Below, piece after piece: positions 1 to 9,189 of a stretch of 64,000 nucleotides of DNA. The notes beneath the pieces are model-generated. The model did no database searches and was not told the DNA's origin. It was given only the letters and a program-made list of their open reading frames with translations. The DNA lies in NCBI GenBank assembly GCA_902618555.1, contig CACNAY010000001.1, positions 3,601 through 67,600 on the forward strand, written 5' to 3'. Position numbers and translations under genes: made by a program. Within the stretch, counting starts at the first letter, position 1; each line of letters begins with the position of its first letter. Origin of the DNA: an uncultured Pelagibacteraceae bacterium (GTDB taxonomy: Bacteria; Pseudomonadota; Alphaproteobacteria; Pelagibacterales; Pelagibacteraceae).

Positions 1-231
1 ATTTTCAATAGTTGCCAACAAGCTTCCCTCAGATACTTTGTCTCCTATTTTTACTTTTAAATCTTTTATTTGGCCAGCTGAAGGAGATGGAATTTCTACA
101 CTGGATTTATCACTTTCGATTGTAACTATAGGATCGTTTTTATTTATTTGGTCACCAGGTTTGACTAAAATTTCTATTACTTCTACGTCTTTAAAATCAC
201 CTATATCTGGGACTGAAATATTCTGAGCCAT
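1..231 (-). CDS. N-terminal lipoyl domain of a pyruvate dehydrogenase complex component (E2 or lipoyl-fused E1); partial, runs off the window
   Basis: Hand translation from ATG at 231: MAQNISVPDIGDFKDVEVIEILVKPGDQINKNDPIVTIESDKSSVEIPSPSAGQIKDLKVKIGDKVSEG. Typical lipoyl-domain start (VPDIG) and lipoyl-lysine motif ESDK. Confidence 0.85.
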   Translation of the reverse strand, partial: MAQNISVPDIGDFKDVEVIEILVKPGDQINKNDPIVTIESDKSSVEIPSPSAGQIKDLKVKIGDKVSEGSLLATIEN

Positions 232-371
232 AACTCTATTATAAACTGGATGGAACATATAAAAAAGTTATTGAATAATAAACTAGAAAGAATAGCGCTT
301 ATAAGTTGAATAGTTCAATTTTTGACACATTTTTTGCCATTTTTTGTCACCTCTAGATGTTTCTATTAGAT

Positions 372-473
372 ATGAAATGGCTAATTAATTTATTGTTTAA
401 AAAGAAAGAAATAAGAAGCAATCAAGGTCAAATTGTTCAGAAATTTCTATTAAAAAAATATCTATTAAGATAA
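372..473 (+). CDS. Putative 33-aa small ORF upstream of the acetoacetate-CoA ligase
   Basis: ATG 372 to TAA 473: MKWLINLLFKKKEIRSNQGQIVQKFLLKKYLLR. Fills an unusually long spacer; no family recognised. Confidence 0.3.
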   Translation: MKWLINLLFKKKEIRSNQGQIVQKFLLKKYLLR

Positions 474-498
474 TTTCATAAGAGCTAAATTAGCTTTT

Positions 499-2427
499 AT
501 GAATAAACTACTCTGGCAACCTTCAGAAAAATTAAAAGAAAACTCCTTATTAAGAGATTTTTGTAATTTTATAAATTTTCAATCTTCATTAAATTTTAAA
601 GAAATTTGGCAATGGTCTATTGATAACCCAAATGAATTTTGGTCAAAGTTTTGGGATTATTCGAAAATTATTGGAGATAAGGGATCTGAAATAATTAAAA
701 AAGATAATGTATTCAATAAAACCAAATTTTTTCCAGACTCAAAATTGAACTACACAGAAAATATCCTTAAAAAAAAATCTGGTAAATTAGCTATTAATTT
801 TTTATCTGAAAAAGGTTTTGAGGAAAATATTACTTGGAATGAATTATATGAAAAAGTTTGTAAATTTTCATCTTATCTCAAAAAACTAAATCTTCAGAAA
901 GGAGATAGAGTTGCAGCTTATGTGCCTAATAAAATAGAGACGATCATTTGTTTTTTGGCTTGTGCAAAAAATGGAATTATATGGTCTTCTTGTTCACCTG
1001 ATTTTGGAGCTCAGGGAGTTGTAGACAGGTTCAAGCAGATAGAACCAAAAGTTTTTATTACATGCGATTATTATTATTACAATGGAAAAAAAATAAATAT
1101 TTTAGATAAAGTCGAAAAAATTCTTAGACAAATACCATCAATTAAGAAAGTAATTGCATTTAATTATAATAAACAAGAAAGAGAAAGTTTAAAGAATTTC
1201 ATTAATTTTGAAGAGACTTTAAAGAACGACTTAGATGAAGTTTTTGAAAGATTTGAATTCAATCATCCTATTTATATTCTTTTTTCAAGCGGTACCACAG
1301 GGAAACCAAAATGTATTACTCATGGATCAGGAAATGTATTAATTGAACATAATAAAGAGTTTATGCTTCATTGCGATATTAGAGAAAACGAAAAATTATT
1401 TTACTATACTACTACTGGCTGGATGATGTGGAATTGGTTAGTTGGAGGATTAGCAACAGGCTCATCTATATTTTTATTCGACGGGGCACCTGTTTATCCA
1501 AAAATAGATGTTCTTTTAGAGTATTGTCAAAACAAGAAAATTAATCTTTTTGGAGTAAGCGCTAAATACATCGATCATTTAAAGAATGAAAAATATGATA
1601 GTACAAACCTAGATCTAAGCTCAATAAAAATAATAACTTCAACAGGTTCTCCTTTAGCTGAGGAAAGTTTCAAGTATATATACGAAAAAATAAAAAAAGA
1701 TGTTCATCTCGCATCTATTGCTGGCGGGACAGATTTAGTTGGCTGTTTAGTTTTAGGAAATCTTTATTCAAATGTATACATGGGAGAAATCCAAGGCCAG
1801 AGTCTAGGTATTGATGTTGATGTTTTTACGGATAAAGGAAAAAGCGTAAAAGATGGAGAGAAAGGGGAGTTAGTAGTTAAAAAACCTTTTCCATCCATGC
1901 CAATAAAATTCTGGGATGATGGCGACGGAAAAAAATACCATAAAGCTTATTTTACTCGATTTGAAAATATTTGGCATCATGGTGATTTCATCGAGCGAAC
2001 TAAAAATAACGGATTTATAATGCGCGGAAGGTCTGATGCCACTCTTAATCCGGGGGGCGTGAGAATAGGGACAGCAGAAATTTATCAGCAAGTTGAGGAC
2101 ATTGATTTTATCACAGAAGGTCTAGTTATCGGTCAAGATTACAATGACGATGTAAGAGTAATCTTATTTGTAACAACAAAAAATAATGAGGAATTAAACG
2201 ATGAAAAAATTAAATCAATTAAATCTAGAATAAGAAAAAACTGTTCACCAAAACATGTTCCTTCAATAATCATTAAAGTTCCAGAAATTCCAAGAACCAA
2301 AAGTGGTAAGATCGTGGAGTTAGCTGTGAGGCAGGTAGTTAATGGAGAAAAGATCAATAATAAAGAAGCCATTGCGAATCCTGAAGCTTTGAAGTTTTAT
2401 GAAAATTTGCCACAACTCAATTCTTAG
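499..2427 (+). CDS. aacS: Acetoacetate--CoA ligase (acetoacetyl-CoA synthetase)
   Basis: AMP-binding motif ILFSSGTTGKPKCI, family signatures TTTGWMMWNWL and GRSDATLNPGGVRIGTAEIY, C-terminal PRTKSGK. Confidence 0.93.
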   Translation: MNKLLWQPSEKLKENSLLRDFCNFINFQSSLNFKEIWQWSIDNPNEFWSKFWDYSKIIGDKGSEIIKKDNVFNKTKFFPDSKLNYTENILKKKSGKLAINFLSEKGFEENITWNELYEKVCKFSSYLKKLNLQKGDRVAAYVPNKIETIICFLACAKNGIIWSSCSPDFGAQGVVDRFKQIEPKVFITCDYYYYNGKKINILDKVEKILRQIPSIKKVIAFNYNKQERESLKNFINFEETLKNDLDEVFERFEFNHPIYILFSSGTTGKPKCITHGSGNVLIEHNKEFMLHCDIRENEKLFYYTTTGWMMWNWLVGGLATGSSIFLFDGAPVYPKIDVLLEYCQNKKINLFGVSAKYIDHLKNEKYDSTNLDLSSIKIITSTGSPLAEESFKYIYEKIKKDVHLASIAGGTDLVGCLVLGNLYSNVYMGEIQGQSLGIDVDVFTDKGKSVKDGEKGELVVKKPFPSMPIKFWDDGDGKKYHKAYFTRFENIWHHGDFIERTKNNGFIMRGRSDATLNPGGVRIGTAEIYQQVEDIDFITEGLVIGQDYNDDVRVILFVTTKNNEELNDEKIKSIKSRIRKNCSPKHVPSIIIKVPEIPRTKSGKIVELAVRQVVNGEKINNKEAIANPEALKFYENLPQLNS

Positions 2428-2518
2428 CAAATTTTTATTGAGTGAAGCTTACTGACACTGTTTAAATTGTAGCGCGTCAGTTTTATAAATTAACTATAAT
2501 TTTATTTATGAATATTAT

Positions 2519-2571
2519 GGTCCTAAGTCTTGGCTTTAGTCCCTAAGTTTAGTCCATCTAAAGCCAGGACC
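2519..2571. other. Stem-loop between convergent genes (terminator or sRNA element)
   Basis: TGGCTTTAG (2531-2539) pairs with CTAAAGCCA (2558-2566); GGTCC (2519-2523) pairs with GGACC (2567-2571). Confidence 0.6.
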
Positions 2572-2573
2572 TG

Positions 2574-3467
2574 TTAGAAGTATTCCGCGCAATTTTTGTG
2601 AAGCATTGAGTGAAGTTCGATTAATTTATCAAAACTTTTGTTATAGCCACCACCAAGAACACCACATAAAGGAATTTTTTTTGAGTAAAAGTTTTCAATG
2701 ACAATCTGATCCCTTTTATTTATACCCTTGTCTGTAATTTTTAGTTTACCTAGTCTATCTTCATGATGAATATCAACCCCTGCAACATAGAAAACAAAAT
2801 CATAAGTGTTATAATTTAGCTCCTTCAGATTTTTATTTAAAACATTTAAGTATTCGTTATCTTCCATATTGTCTCTAAGCTCTATATCAATATCGCTTTT
2901 AGATTTTTTTGCAGGATAATTTGAAGCACAATGCATACTAAAAGTTAAAACATTTTTATCGTTTTGAAATATTTCTGAATTTCCATTGCCTTGATGTACA
3001 TCTAAATCTAATATTAGTATCTTTTTTGCATATCCCTTGTTTTTTAAATAATTGGCCGCAACAGCAGTATCATTAAAAACGCAATATCCGGCTCCATAAT
3101 CAAAAGTAGCATGATGACTACCACCAGCAGTATTACAAGCAAGCCTGGACTCTAAAGCAAGTTTGCTAGCTAGCACAGTCCCTCCGGTAGCAACAAAAGA
3201 TCTCCTTACAACGCTATCATTAATTGGGAAACCAATTTTTTTCTGAGCTTTAGTATCTAGGGTCTTATTCTTAATATCATTTATATATTTTAATGAATGA
3301 GAAGTTTTCATTGTTTCAACTGAACATTCTTCAGGAATAAAAAATTTCTGAACTACTTTGGCCTCTAAGAGATGATTTGCTAAAGCACCAAATTTCTTTA
3401 TAGGAAATTTGTTATCATCATTTATTTTTGCGACGTAATCAGGATGATTTACTACTGGAAGTTCCAT
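2574..3467 (-). CDS. Zn-dependent histone-deacetylase-family (class IV/HDAC11-like) deacylase
   Basis: Motifs GGSHHA, GYCVFND, DLDVHQGNG, AGVD...DRLG and GGGY. Confidence 0.9.
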   Translation of the reverse strand: MELPVVNHPDYVAKINDDNKFPIKKFGALANHLLEAKVVQKFFIPEECSVETMKTSHSLKYINDIKNKTLDTKAQKKIGFPINDSVVRRSFVATGGTVLASKLALESRLACNTAGGSHHATFDYGAGYCVFNDTAVAANYLKNKGYAKKILILDLDVHQGNGNSEIFQNDKNVLTFSMHCASNYPAKKSKSDIDIELRDNMEDNEYLNVLNKNLKELNYNTYDFVFYVAGVDIHHEDRLGKLKITDKGINKRDQIVIENFYSKKIPLCGVLGGGYNKSFDKLIELHSMLHKNCAEYF

Positions 3468-3481
3468 TAAAAGATAATATT

Positions 3482-4654
3482 TTATCTTTCAACACACATT
3501 GCAATCCCCATTCCACCACCGATACAAAGAGTCGCTAAACCTTTTTTTACGTCTCTTTTAATCATCTCGTGTATTAGAGTTACAAGAATTCTTGTTCCTG
3601 AAGCACCTATGGGGTGACCTAAAGCAATGGCTCCACCATTAACATTTACTTTTTCTTCAGGAATAGAAAGAGTTTTTAAAACTGCTAAGCTTTGAGCTGC
3701 AAATGCTTCATTTATTTCATATAGATCTACATCTTTTACTGACCAACCTGCTAATTCTAGAGCCTTTTTTGATGAGGGAATAGGACCTGTTCCCATCAAA
3801 GCAGGTTCTACCCCGCAGCTTGCCCATGATTTTATTGAAACTAACTTATTAAGTCCTCTTTTCTCAGCTTCTATATCTGACATCAAAGTAACAGCAGCTG
3901 CTCCGTCATTAATACCAGAAGCATTTCCTGCAGTTACAGTTCCATCTTTTTTAAATACTGGCTTTAATCTTTTTAAAGCCTCAAGATTAATACCTTCTCT
4001 AGGATGTTCATCTTTAATGAAATCTATTTCCGCTTTTTTTGATTTAATTTTAAAATTTACTATTTCTTCAATAAATTTTTTTGACTTTTGAGCTTTAATA
4101 GCTTTTTCTTGAGAATTTAAAGCAAATTTATCTTGCTGATCTCTAGTAACTTGAAATTTTTCTGCAACATTTTCTGCAGTAATTCCCATATGGTATCCAT
4201 GAAAAGCATCCCATAATCCATCTTTAATCATTGTATCAGTCAACTCAGTGTCACCTAGTTTTTTTCCGTCACGTAAATGTATAGAATGCGGAGCTAGAGA
4301 CATACTCTCTTGCCCTCCTGCAATAATCACTTTAGAATCTCCAGATTTAATACTTTGAAAACCGGATGCAACTGACCTTATTCCTGATCCACAAACTTGA
4401 TTTACAATGTAAGCAGGTTTTTCTTTAGGAATACCTGAATGAATAAGAGCCTGTCTAGCTGGATTTTGACCTGCTCCACCTGTTAGGACCTGACCAAATA
4501 TTACCTCATCAACCTCTTCATTTTTAAGTTTTGATCTAATAATCGACTCTTTTATTACAGCTGAGCCTAATTCGAATCCCGGAACATTTTTCAAACTTTT
4601 ATTTAACGAGCCTACAGCAGTTCTTGTCGCAGATGTTATAACAACATTTTTCAT
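3482..4654 (-). CDS. phbA: Acetyl-CoA C-acetyltransferase (thiolase)
   Basis: NQVCGSG active-site Cys, NEAFAAQ, GGAIALGHPIGASG and CIGGGMG. Confidence 0.95.
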   Translation of the reverse strand: MKNVVITSATRTAVGSLNKSLKNVPGFELGSAVIKESIIRSKLKNEEVDEVIFGQVLTGGAGQNPARQALIHSGIPKEKPAYIVNQVCGSGIRSVASGFQSIKSGDSKVIIAGGQESMSLAPHSIHLRDGKKLGDTELTDTMIKDGLWDAFHGYHMGITAENVAEKFQVTRDQQDKFALNSQEKAIKAQKSKKFIEEIVNFKIKSKKAEIDFIKDEHPREGINLEALKRLKPVFKKDGTVTAGNASGINDGAAAVTLMSDIEAEKRGLNKLVSIKSWASCGVEPALMGTGPIPSSKKALELAGWSVKDVDLYEINEAFAAQSLAVLKTLSIPEEKVNVNGGAIALGHPIGASGTRILVTLIHEMIKRDVKKGLATLCIGGGMGIAMCVER

Positions 4655-4671
4655 AATTCGAATTTATATAT

Positions 4672-6051
4672 TTAATTTTTCTTTTCAATTGATTTGTCAT
4701 TACTCACTAAACCCACTAAAATAGCCATTATCAAAAATAAATAAGTAGAGTTTCCAGTTGTAAAAAAACTACCTGAAGCTTTAATGGGAAAAATTTCAGC
4801 TAAAAATAAGTATAAGAATGGAACATATATTAAGTTTTTAGTTTTTTTTATTTGTGAAATATAATTTTTAAAAAAAACAATATATAAAATTGAAGAGAAA
4901 ATCATCGTTATCAATATCAACCCAATTACACCAGTTTCTGTCATAATCTCCAAATAATAATTATGTGGATGCATATTACATTTAAAAATAATTTTTTTAC
5001 CATACTCTCCTCCTTGAAATCTTTGATCCCAGTATGAGTAGAATATTGAATTTTTTTCAATGTTAGGCCTTATGTGACAATAATATCTGAAATTTTTTAT
5101 TCCTCCTCCGATATATTTATTCATCAACCACGTGTCGTAAAATGTAGCAAATTCTACTAGGTACGAAGCTCTTTCAATATCGTTAAATTCTGAATTTATC
5201 AGTGATTTGCTTATATAATTTATCTGAATAAAAAGTTTATTAAAATTAGAAGCTACTTTTTCACTAGTTTTAATTGATAAAAATAAAATTATAATTGAAG
5301 CAGAGACAAAAACTAAAAAATATTTTCTTACATTCTTTTGTAGTATTAAAAATAAAGTTAACATGAAAAAAAATAGAATGAATGGCATTCTATTGCCTGA
5401 AAGTATTATACCTGATAGATAAATAACAAACAAAACAGTAATTATCAAAATAAGAACTTTATTATTTATATTTTTAAAAAAAATAGGTAGTAAAAAAAAA
5501 GAAAAAAAACAAAATCTTTGTATAAAGCCTCCTGCTATTAATTCATTCCCGAAAGGTCCGCTAAGTTTTCTTCCAGAACCATATGCTTCATAACCAAAAA
5601 TATCTTCACCATAGATAAATTGAAAAAAAATATCTAAGCAAACAAAGATTGAAGCAATAGAAGTTGAAATAAAAAAAAATTTCAAATCAATAATTTTTCT
5701 TTCGATTAGATATCTCAAACAGAAATAAAAAAGTAAATATCTAAAAAAAAATATAGATTTTTTTACAGTAGAAAAATATTCTTTCCACTCGAGTTTGTTT
5801 ACATAAAAGTGGTAATCATTAACTATTCCTGTAAATAAAATAAATAAAAAAAATAAAATTAGAATTTTATCGAATATATAATATTTTATATCAAAAATTT
5901 TAATTTTAAAAACAATCAGTGCTAAAACAATTAGGGCCAGAATATTAAGATTTATCAACATATTGCCTGCAATAAAACTGAATGGCATTATTGCTAGTAA
6001 AATACTAAAAAAGGCGTTTTTATTGAAATTAAGATTTAAAATTTTATACAT
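4672..6051 (-). CDS. O-antigen ligase/polymerase (Wzy_C/WaaL) family membrane protein
   Basis: Many TM segments, LSGNR motif, GGGIKNF...HPHNYYLEIMTETGVIG. Confidence 0.85.
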   Translation of the reverse strand: MYKILNLNFNKNAFFSILLAIMPFSFIAGNMLINLNILALIVLALIVFKIKIFDIKYYIFDKILILFFLFILFTGIVNDYHFYVNKLEWKEYFSTVKKSIFFFRYLLFYFCLRYLIERKIIDLKFFFISTSIASIFVCLDIFFQFIYGEDIFGYEAYGSGRKLSGPFGNELIAGGFIQRFCFFSFFLLPIFFKNINNKVLILIITVLFVIYLSGIILSGNRMPFILFFFMLTLFLILQKNVRKYFLVFVSASIIILFLSIKTSEKVASNFNKLFIQINYISKSLINSEFNDIERASYLVEFATFYDTWLMNKYIGGGIKNFRYYCHIRPNIEKNSIFYSYWDQRFQGGEYGKKIIFKCNMHPHNYYLEIMTETGVIGLILITMIFSSILYIVFFKNYISQIKKTKNLIYVPFLYLFLAEIFPIKASGSFFTTGNSTYLFLIMAILVGLVSNDKSIEKKN

Positions 6052-6120
6052 AAATTTTCAAATTGTGATAATTATCTATAACATGGATCGTATCCAAAAA
6101 AAAATTAAAGCTATTACTTT

Positions 6121-6197
6121 GCGCCTGTAGCTCAACTGGATAGAGCGCTTGGCTACGGACCAGGAGGTTCTGGGTTCAAATCCTAGCAGGCGCACCA
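6121..6197 (+). tRNA. tRNA-Arg (ACG)
   Basis: Acceptor stem GCGCCTG/CAGGCGC, anticodon loop CT-ACG-GA in stem CTTGG/CCAGG, T-loop GGTTCAAATCC, encoded CCA. Confidence 0.97.
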
Positions 6198-6203
6198 AAA
6201 AAA

Positions 6204-7448
6204 ATGAGTAAATTTAATAATAATATAAATAAAATAATAATTTTTTCATTTTTTCTTAAATTGGTATTTGCCTTTTTTTTTCATGAAAAAAATCTTAGCG
6301 ATGAGTGGGCTGTTTTATTTAAAAACTTTCAAAGTTTTAAATCTTACAGTTATTATATTTTCGATGGTCAAGCTATACCTAGCTCTTACATGCCACCTTT
6401 ATATTTTGTGTTTATTTACCTAAATAAATTTTTAAGTTTTGATAAAATAAATTTTTTATATTTGATATATTTTAATCAAGTTTTAATATCATCTATAACT
6501 GTATATTTTTTTTATAAATTATGTAAAAATTTTTTTGATGAAAGATTTTCTCTTCTGGGAACTTTCTTATTTTCAGTTTTCCCCTTGATTGCCTATAGCA
6601 ATGGATTAATTTCTTCCGCTTGTTTACAACTTTTCTTTTACTTATTATTTATTAATTTATTTCTCGAACTGTTAAGTAACGAAATAAATAAAAAAAATTT
6701 ATTTCTTTTAGCGTTAACGAGCGCTTTTACATTATTGTTAAGAGGGGAATTTTTAATTATTTTTCTTTTTTCACTTACGTTTCTAGTTTTATTTAATAAA
6801 AAAAAATTAGTTAATTCTTTAATAATTTTATTACTAACAATAGCATTAGTTTCTCCATATTTAATTAGAAATTATAAGAATACTGGCAACATTCACTTAG
6901 TAAACGTTACTGGGTACGCTTTATGGAAGGGAAATAATCAATTAGCAAAAGTTGAGGGATTTCATAATTCACTTCACCCCGAAAAAAGTGAGTCATGGCC
7001 TAAAATTCTAGAATTCGATGATTTATATAAAAAATTAGACAAGCTTGAAAAAGATAAAAAATACGAAATTTATCGGGACAAAGTTTTTAAAGATGAAGCA
7101 TTAAAAAATGTTAATCAGGACAAGCAAAGATATTTAGTTCTTTATTTGAAAAAAATTTTTAGTTATTTTTTTTTAGATCTTAACTCTAGTATTAAAAATT
7201 ACTACAATATTTTTCATATAGCACCAATAATATTATTTTCAATTTGTAGTATACCAGGAGCCATTATAGGTTTAAAAAAAATTAAGAATTCAAAAATTAT
7301 CTATTTACTTTTACTAACATGCTTTTTAACTGCATTTATTTCAATATTTTTTATTTTACCAAGATACAAAATCTCTATTATAAGTTTTCAAATTATATTT
7401 TCACTTTTTTTCTTTAAATATTTATTTGAAAAAAAAATTTTTACATAA
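6204..7448 (+). CDS. GT-C fold membrane glycosyltransferase (ArnT/PMT-like)
   Basis: Polytopic; N-terminal acidic DE then YMPPLY, LLLRGE, SPYLIRNY and C-terminal PRY, typical of the ArnT/GT39-like group. Confidence 0.7.
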   Translation: MSKFNNNINKIIIFSFFLKLVFAFFFHEKNLSDEWAVLFKNFQSFKSYSYYIFDGQAIPSSYMPPLYFVFIYLNKFLSFDKINFLYLIYFNQVLISSITVYFFYKLCKNFFDERFSLLGTFLFSVFPLIAYSNGLISSACLQLFFYLLFINLFLELLSNEINKKNLFLLALTSAFTLLLRGEFLIIFLFSLTFLVLFNKKKLVNSLIILLLTIALVSPYLIRNYKNTGNIHLVNVTGYALWKGNNQLAKVEGFHNSLHPEKSESWPKILEFDDLYKKLDKLEKDKKYEIYRDKVFKDEALKNVNQDKQRYLVLYLKKIFSYFFLDLNSSIKNYYNIFHIAPIILFSICSIPGAIIGLKKIKNSKIIYLLLLTCFLTAFISIFFILPRYKISIISFQIIFSLFFFKYLFEKKIFT

Positions 7449-8140
7449 TGAAAAATTTATTTTTATTTTATTATAATTTCTTTGAAAATTATATTCATCT
7501 CAGAAGAATCAAAGCTTTTTTGTCTAGAAAAGTTATATTAAACGATCCAATTATTTTTGATGTAGGATCACATAAAGGTAAGTTGGCGAAATTGATGCAC
7601 GATATTTATGAAAATGCAATTATCTATTGTTTTGAACCAAATAAATCCATGAATGATGATTTAAAAAAAATTGGAAATAATATCAAAGTCTATAATTATG
7701 CTTTAGGCGAAAAAAATGAAGAAAAACAAATATTAATTAACAAAATTGATTTGACTAATACTCTTTCTACAATAAATGAAAATTCATTCTATTTAAAAAT
7801 TAAAAACTTTATTTTAGCCAATTCAAAAAAAGACAACATGTATGAGCAAACTAAAGTAATATCACTAGAAAACTTTTGTAAAGAAAAAAAAATAAGAAAT
7901 ATAGATTTTTTAAAGTTAGATGTTGAAGGTTACGAGCATAACGTTTTACTCGGTGCAAAAAATATAATTCAAAACGTAAAATTTGTAATGCTAGAAATAC
8001 AAAAAAATAATATGTATCACGATTATTCTAAGAAAAATATTGAGGAATTTTTAAAAGAAAATAATTTTATGTTAATTAAAACGTTTAAGTTTCCTTTTAT
8101 GTTTTTTGAAGATCGTATTTACAAAAGAATTCAAAATTAA
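7448..8140 (+). CDS. FkbM-family SAM-dependent methyltransferase
   Basis: FDVGSHKG, CFEPN, NYALG and LKLDVEGYE motifs. Confidence 0.9.
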   Translation: MKNLFLFYYNFFENYIHLRRIKAFLSRKVILNDPIIFDVGSHKGKLAKLMHDIYENAIIYCFEPNKSMNDDLKKIGNNIKVYNYALGEKNEEKQILINKIDLTNTLSTINENSFYLKIKNFILANSKKDNMYEQTKVISLENFCKEKKIRNIDFLKLDVEGYEHNVLLGAKNIIQNVKFVMLEIQKNNMYHDYSKKNIEEFLKENNFMLIKTFKFPFMFFEDRIYKRIQN

Positions 8141-9189
8141 TAATCACATTTACTAATAAGTTCATCAATAATTTTTCTCGTATTATATTTCTGTTTCCAC
8201 TTAGGAAAATGTTTTTTGAATTTTTTCATATTAGACACATACCAAATGTGATCACCGACTCTATTCTCTTTTCTAATTATTCTTTTTATATTAATTTTAG
8301 TTTTTTTTTCTACGTGATCTAAGGCTTCAATGATTGAACAGTTGGAAAATCTGGTTCCTCCAATGTTATATACCTCTCCCTTTCTTGGATTTTTGTAAAA
8401 CTCCCAAAAACATCTAATTAAATCATAACTATGAATGTTGTCTCTTACTTGTTTACCTTTATATCCTAATAAATTATAACTCTTTTTTGTTAGAGAAATT
8501 TTTACTAAGTACGCAAGAAAGCCGTGTAACTTAGCACCTGAGTGGTTTGGACCAGTAATACAACCAGCCCTAAAGCAAACAGTTTTCAAACCTGCATTTT
8601 TTCCATATTCTTGCACTAATAAATCTCCATAAGATTTAGAAACTCCAAAAAAACTGTGTATGCAATTATCAACAGACATAGTCTCATCAATTCCTTTGAA
8701 ATATTTGTGATTTTTTTTAATCTCCCATCTAGTTTTTTTTTCTTCAAGAGGTAAAAAATTTGGATTATCACCATAAACTTTGTTAGTAGACATAAAAATA
8801 AACGGAGATTGTTTACAATATTTTTTTGTTAGCTCAAGAAGATTTAATGTGCCTTGAGCATTAATTTGAAAATCAATAAAAGGTTTGTCTTTAGCCCAAT
8901 CATGTGAAGGTTGAGCAGCACAATGTATTATTAATTTGATACTCTTTTTATATTTTATAAAAATCTTTTTTAATGAATTAAAATTTTTAATATCGGTGTT
9001 AAAATGATGGTAATTTTTCACTTCCTTAAGAAGTTTATTTTTTATCCAAGTAATATCTCCATCTTGACCGAAAAAAAGTTTTCTAGAATTATTATCTATA
9101 CCGATAACTTGGAAACCTTTTTTTGAAAAAAAAGAAACAGACTCAGATCCAACCAAACCACATGATCCAGTAACGATAACAGTTTTCAT
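8137..9189 (-). CDS. NAD-dependent epimerase/dehydratase (CDP-tyvelose/paratose epimerase-like)
   Basis: TGSCGLVG, HCAAQPSHD, STNKVYG and GKQVRD. Confidence 0.88.
   Translation of the reverse strand: MKTVIVTGSCGLVGSESVSFFSKKGFQVIGIDNNSRKLFFGQDGDITWIKNKLLKEVKNYHHFNTDIKNFNSLKKIFIKYKKSIKLIIHCAAQPSHDWAKDKPFIDFQINAQGTLNLLELTKKYCKQSPFIFMSTNKVYGDNPNFLPLEEKKTRWEIKKNHKYFKGIDETMSVDNCIHSFFGVSKSYGDLLVQEYGKNAGLKTVCFRAGCITGPNHSGAKLHGFLAYLVKISLTKKSYNLLGYKGKQVRDNIHSYDLIRCFWEFYKNPRKGEVYNIGGTRFSNCSIIEALDHVEKKTKINIKRIIRKENRVGDHIWYVSNMKKFKKHFPKWKQKYNTRKIIDELISKCDY

Noticed and set aside
322-350. Sigma70 promoter from the perfect TTGACA
   Set aside because: No plausible -10 hexamer at 16-18 bp spacing.
2451-2500. 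Resemblance to a SAM-II/SAM-V riboswitch (UUUAA...AGCGCG...AUAAAU)
   Set aside because: P1 pairing is poor on the + strand and there is no downstream + strand gene to regulate. Kept only as a generic structured spacer.
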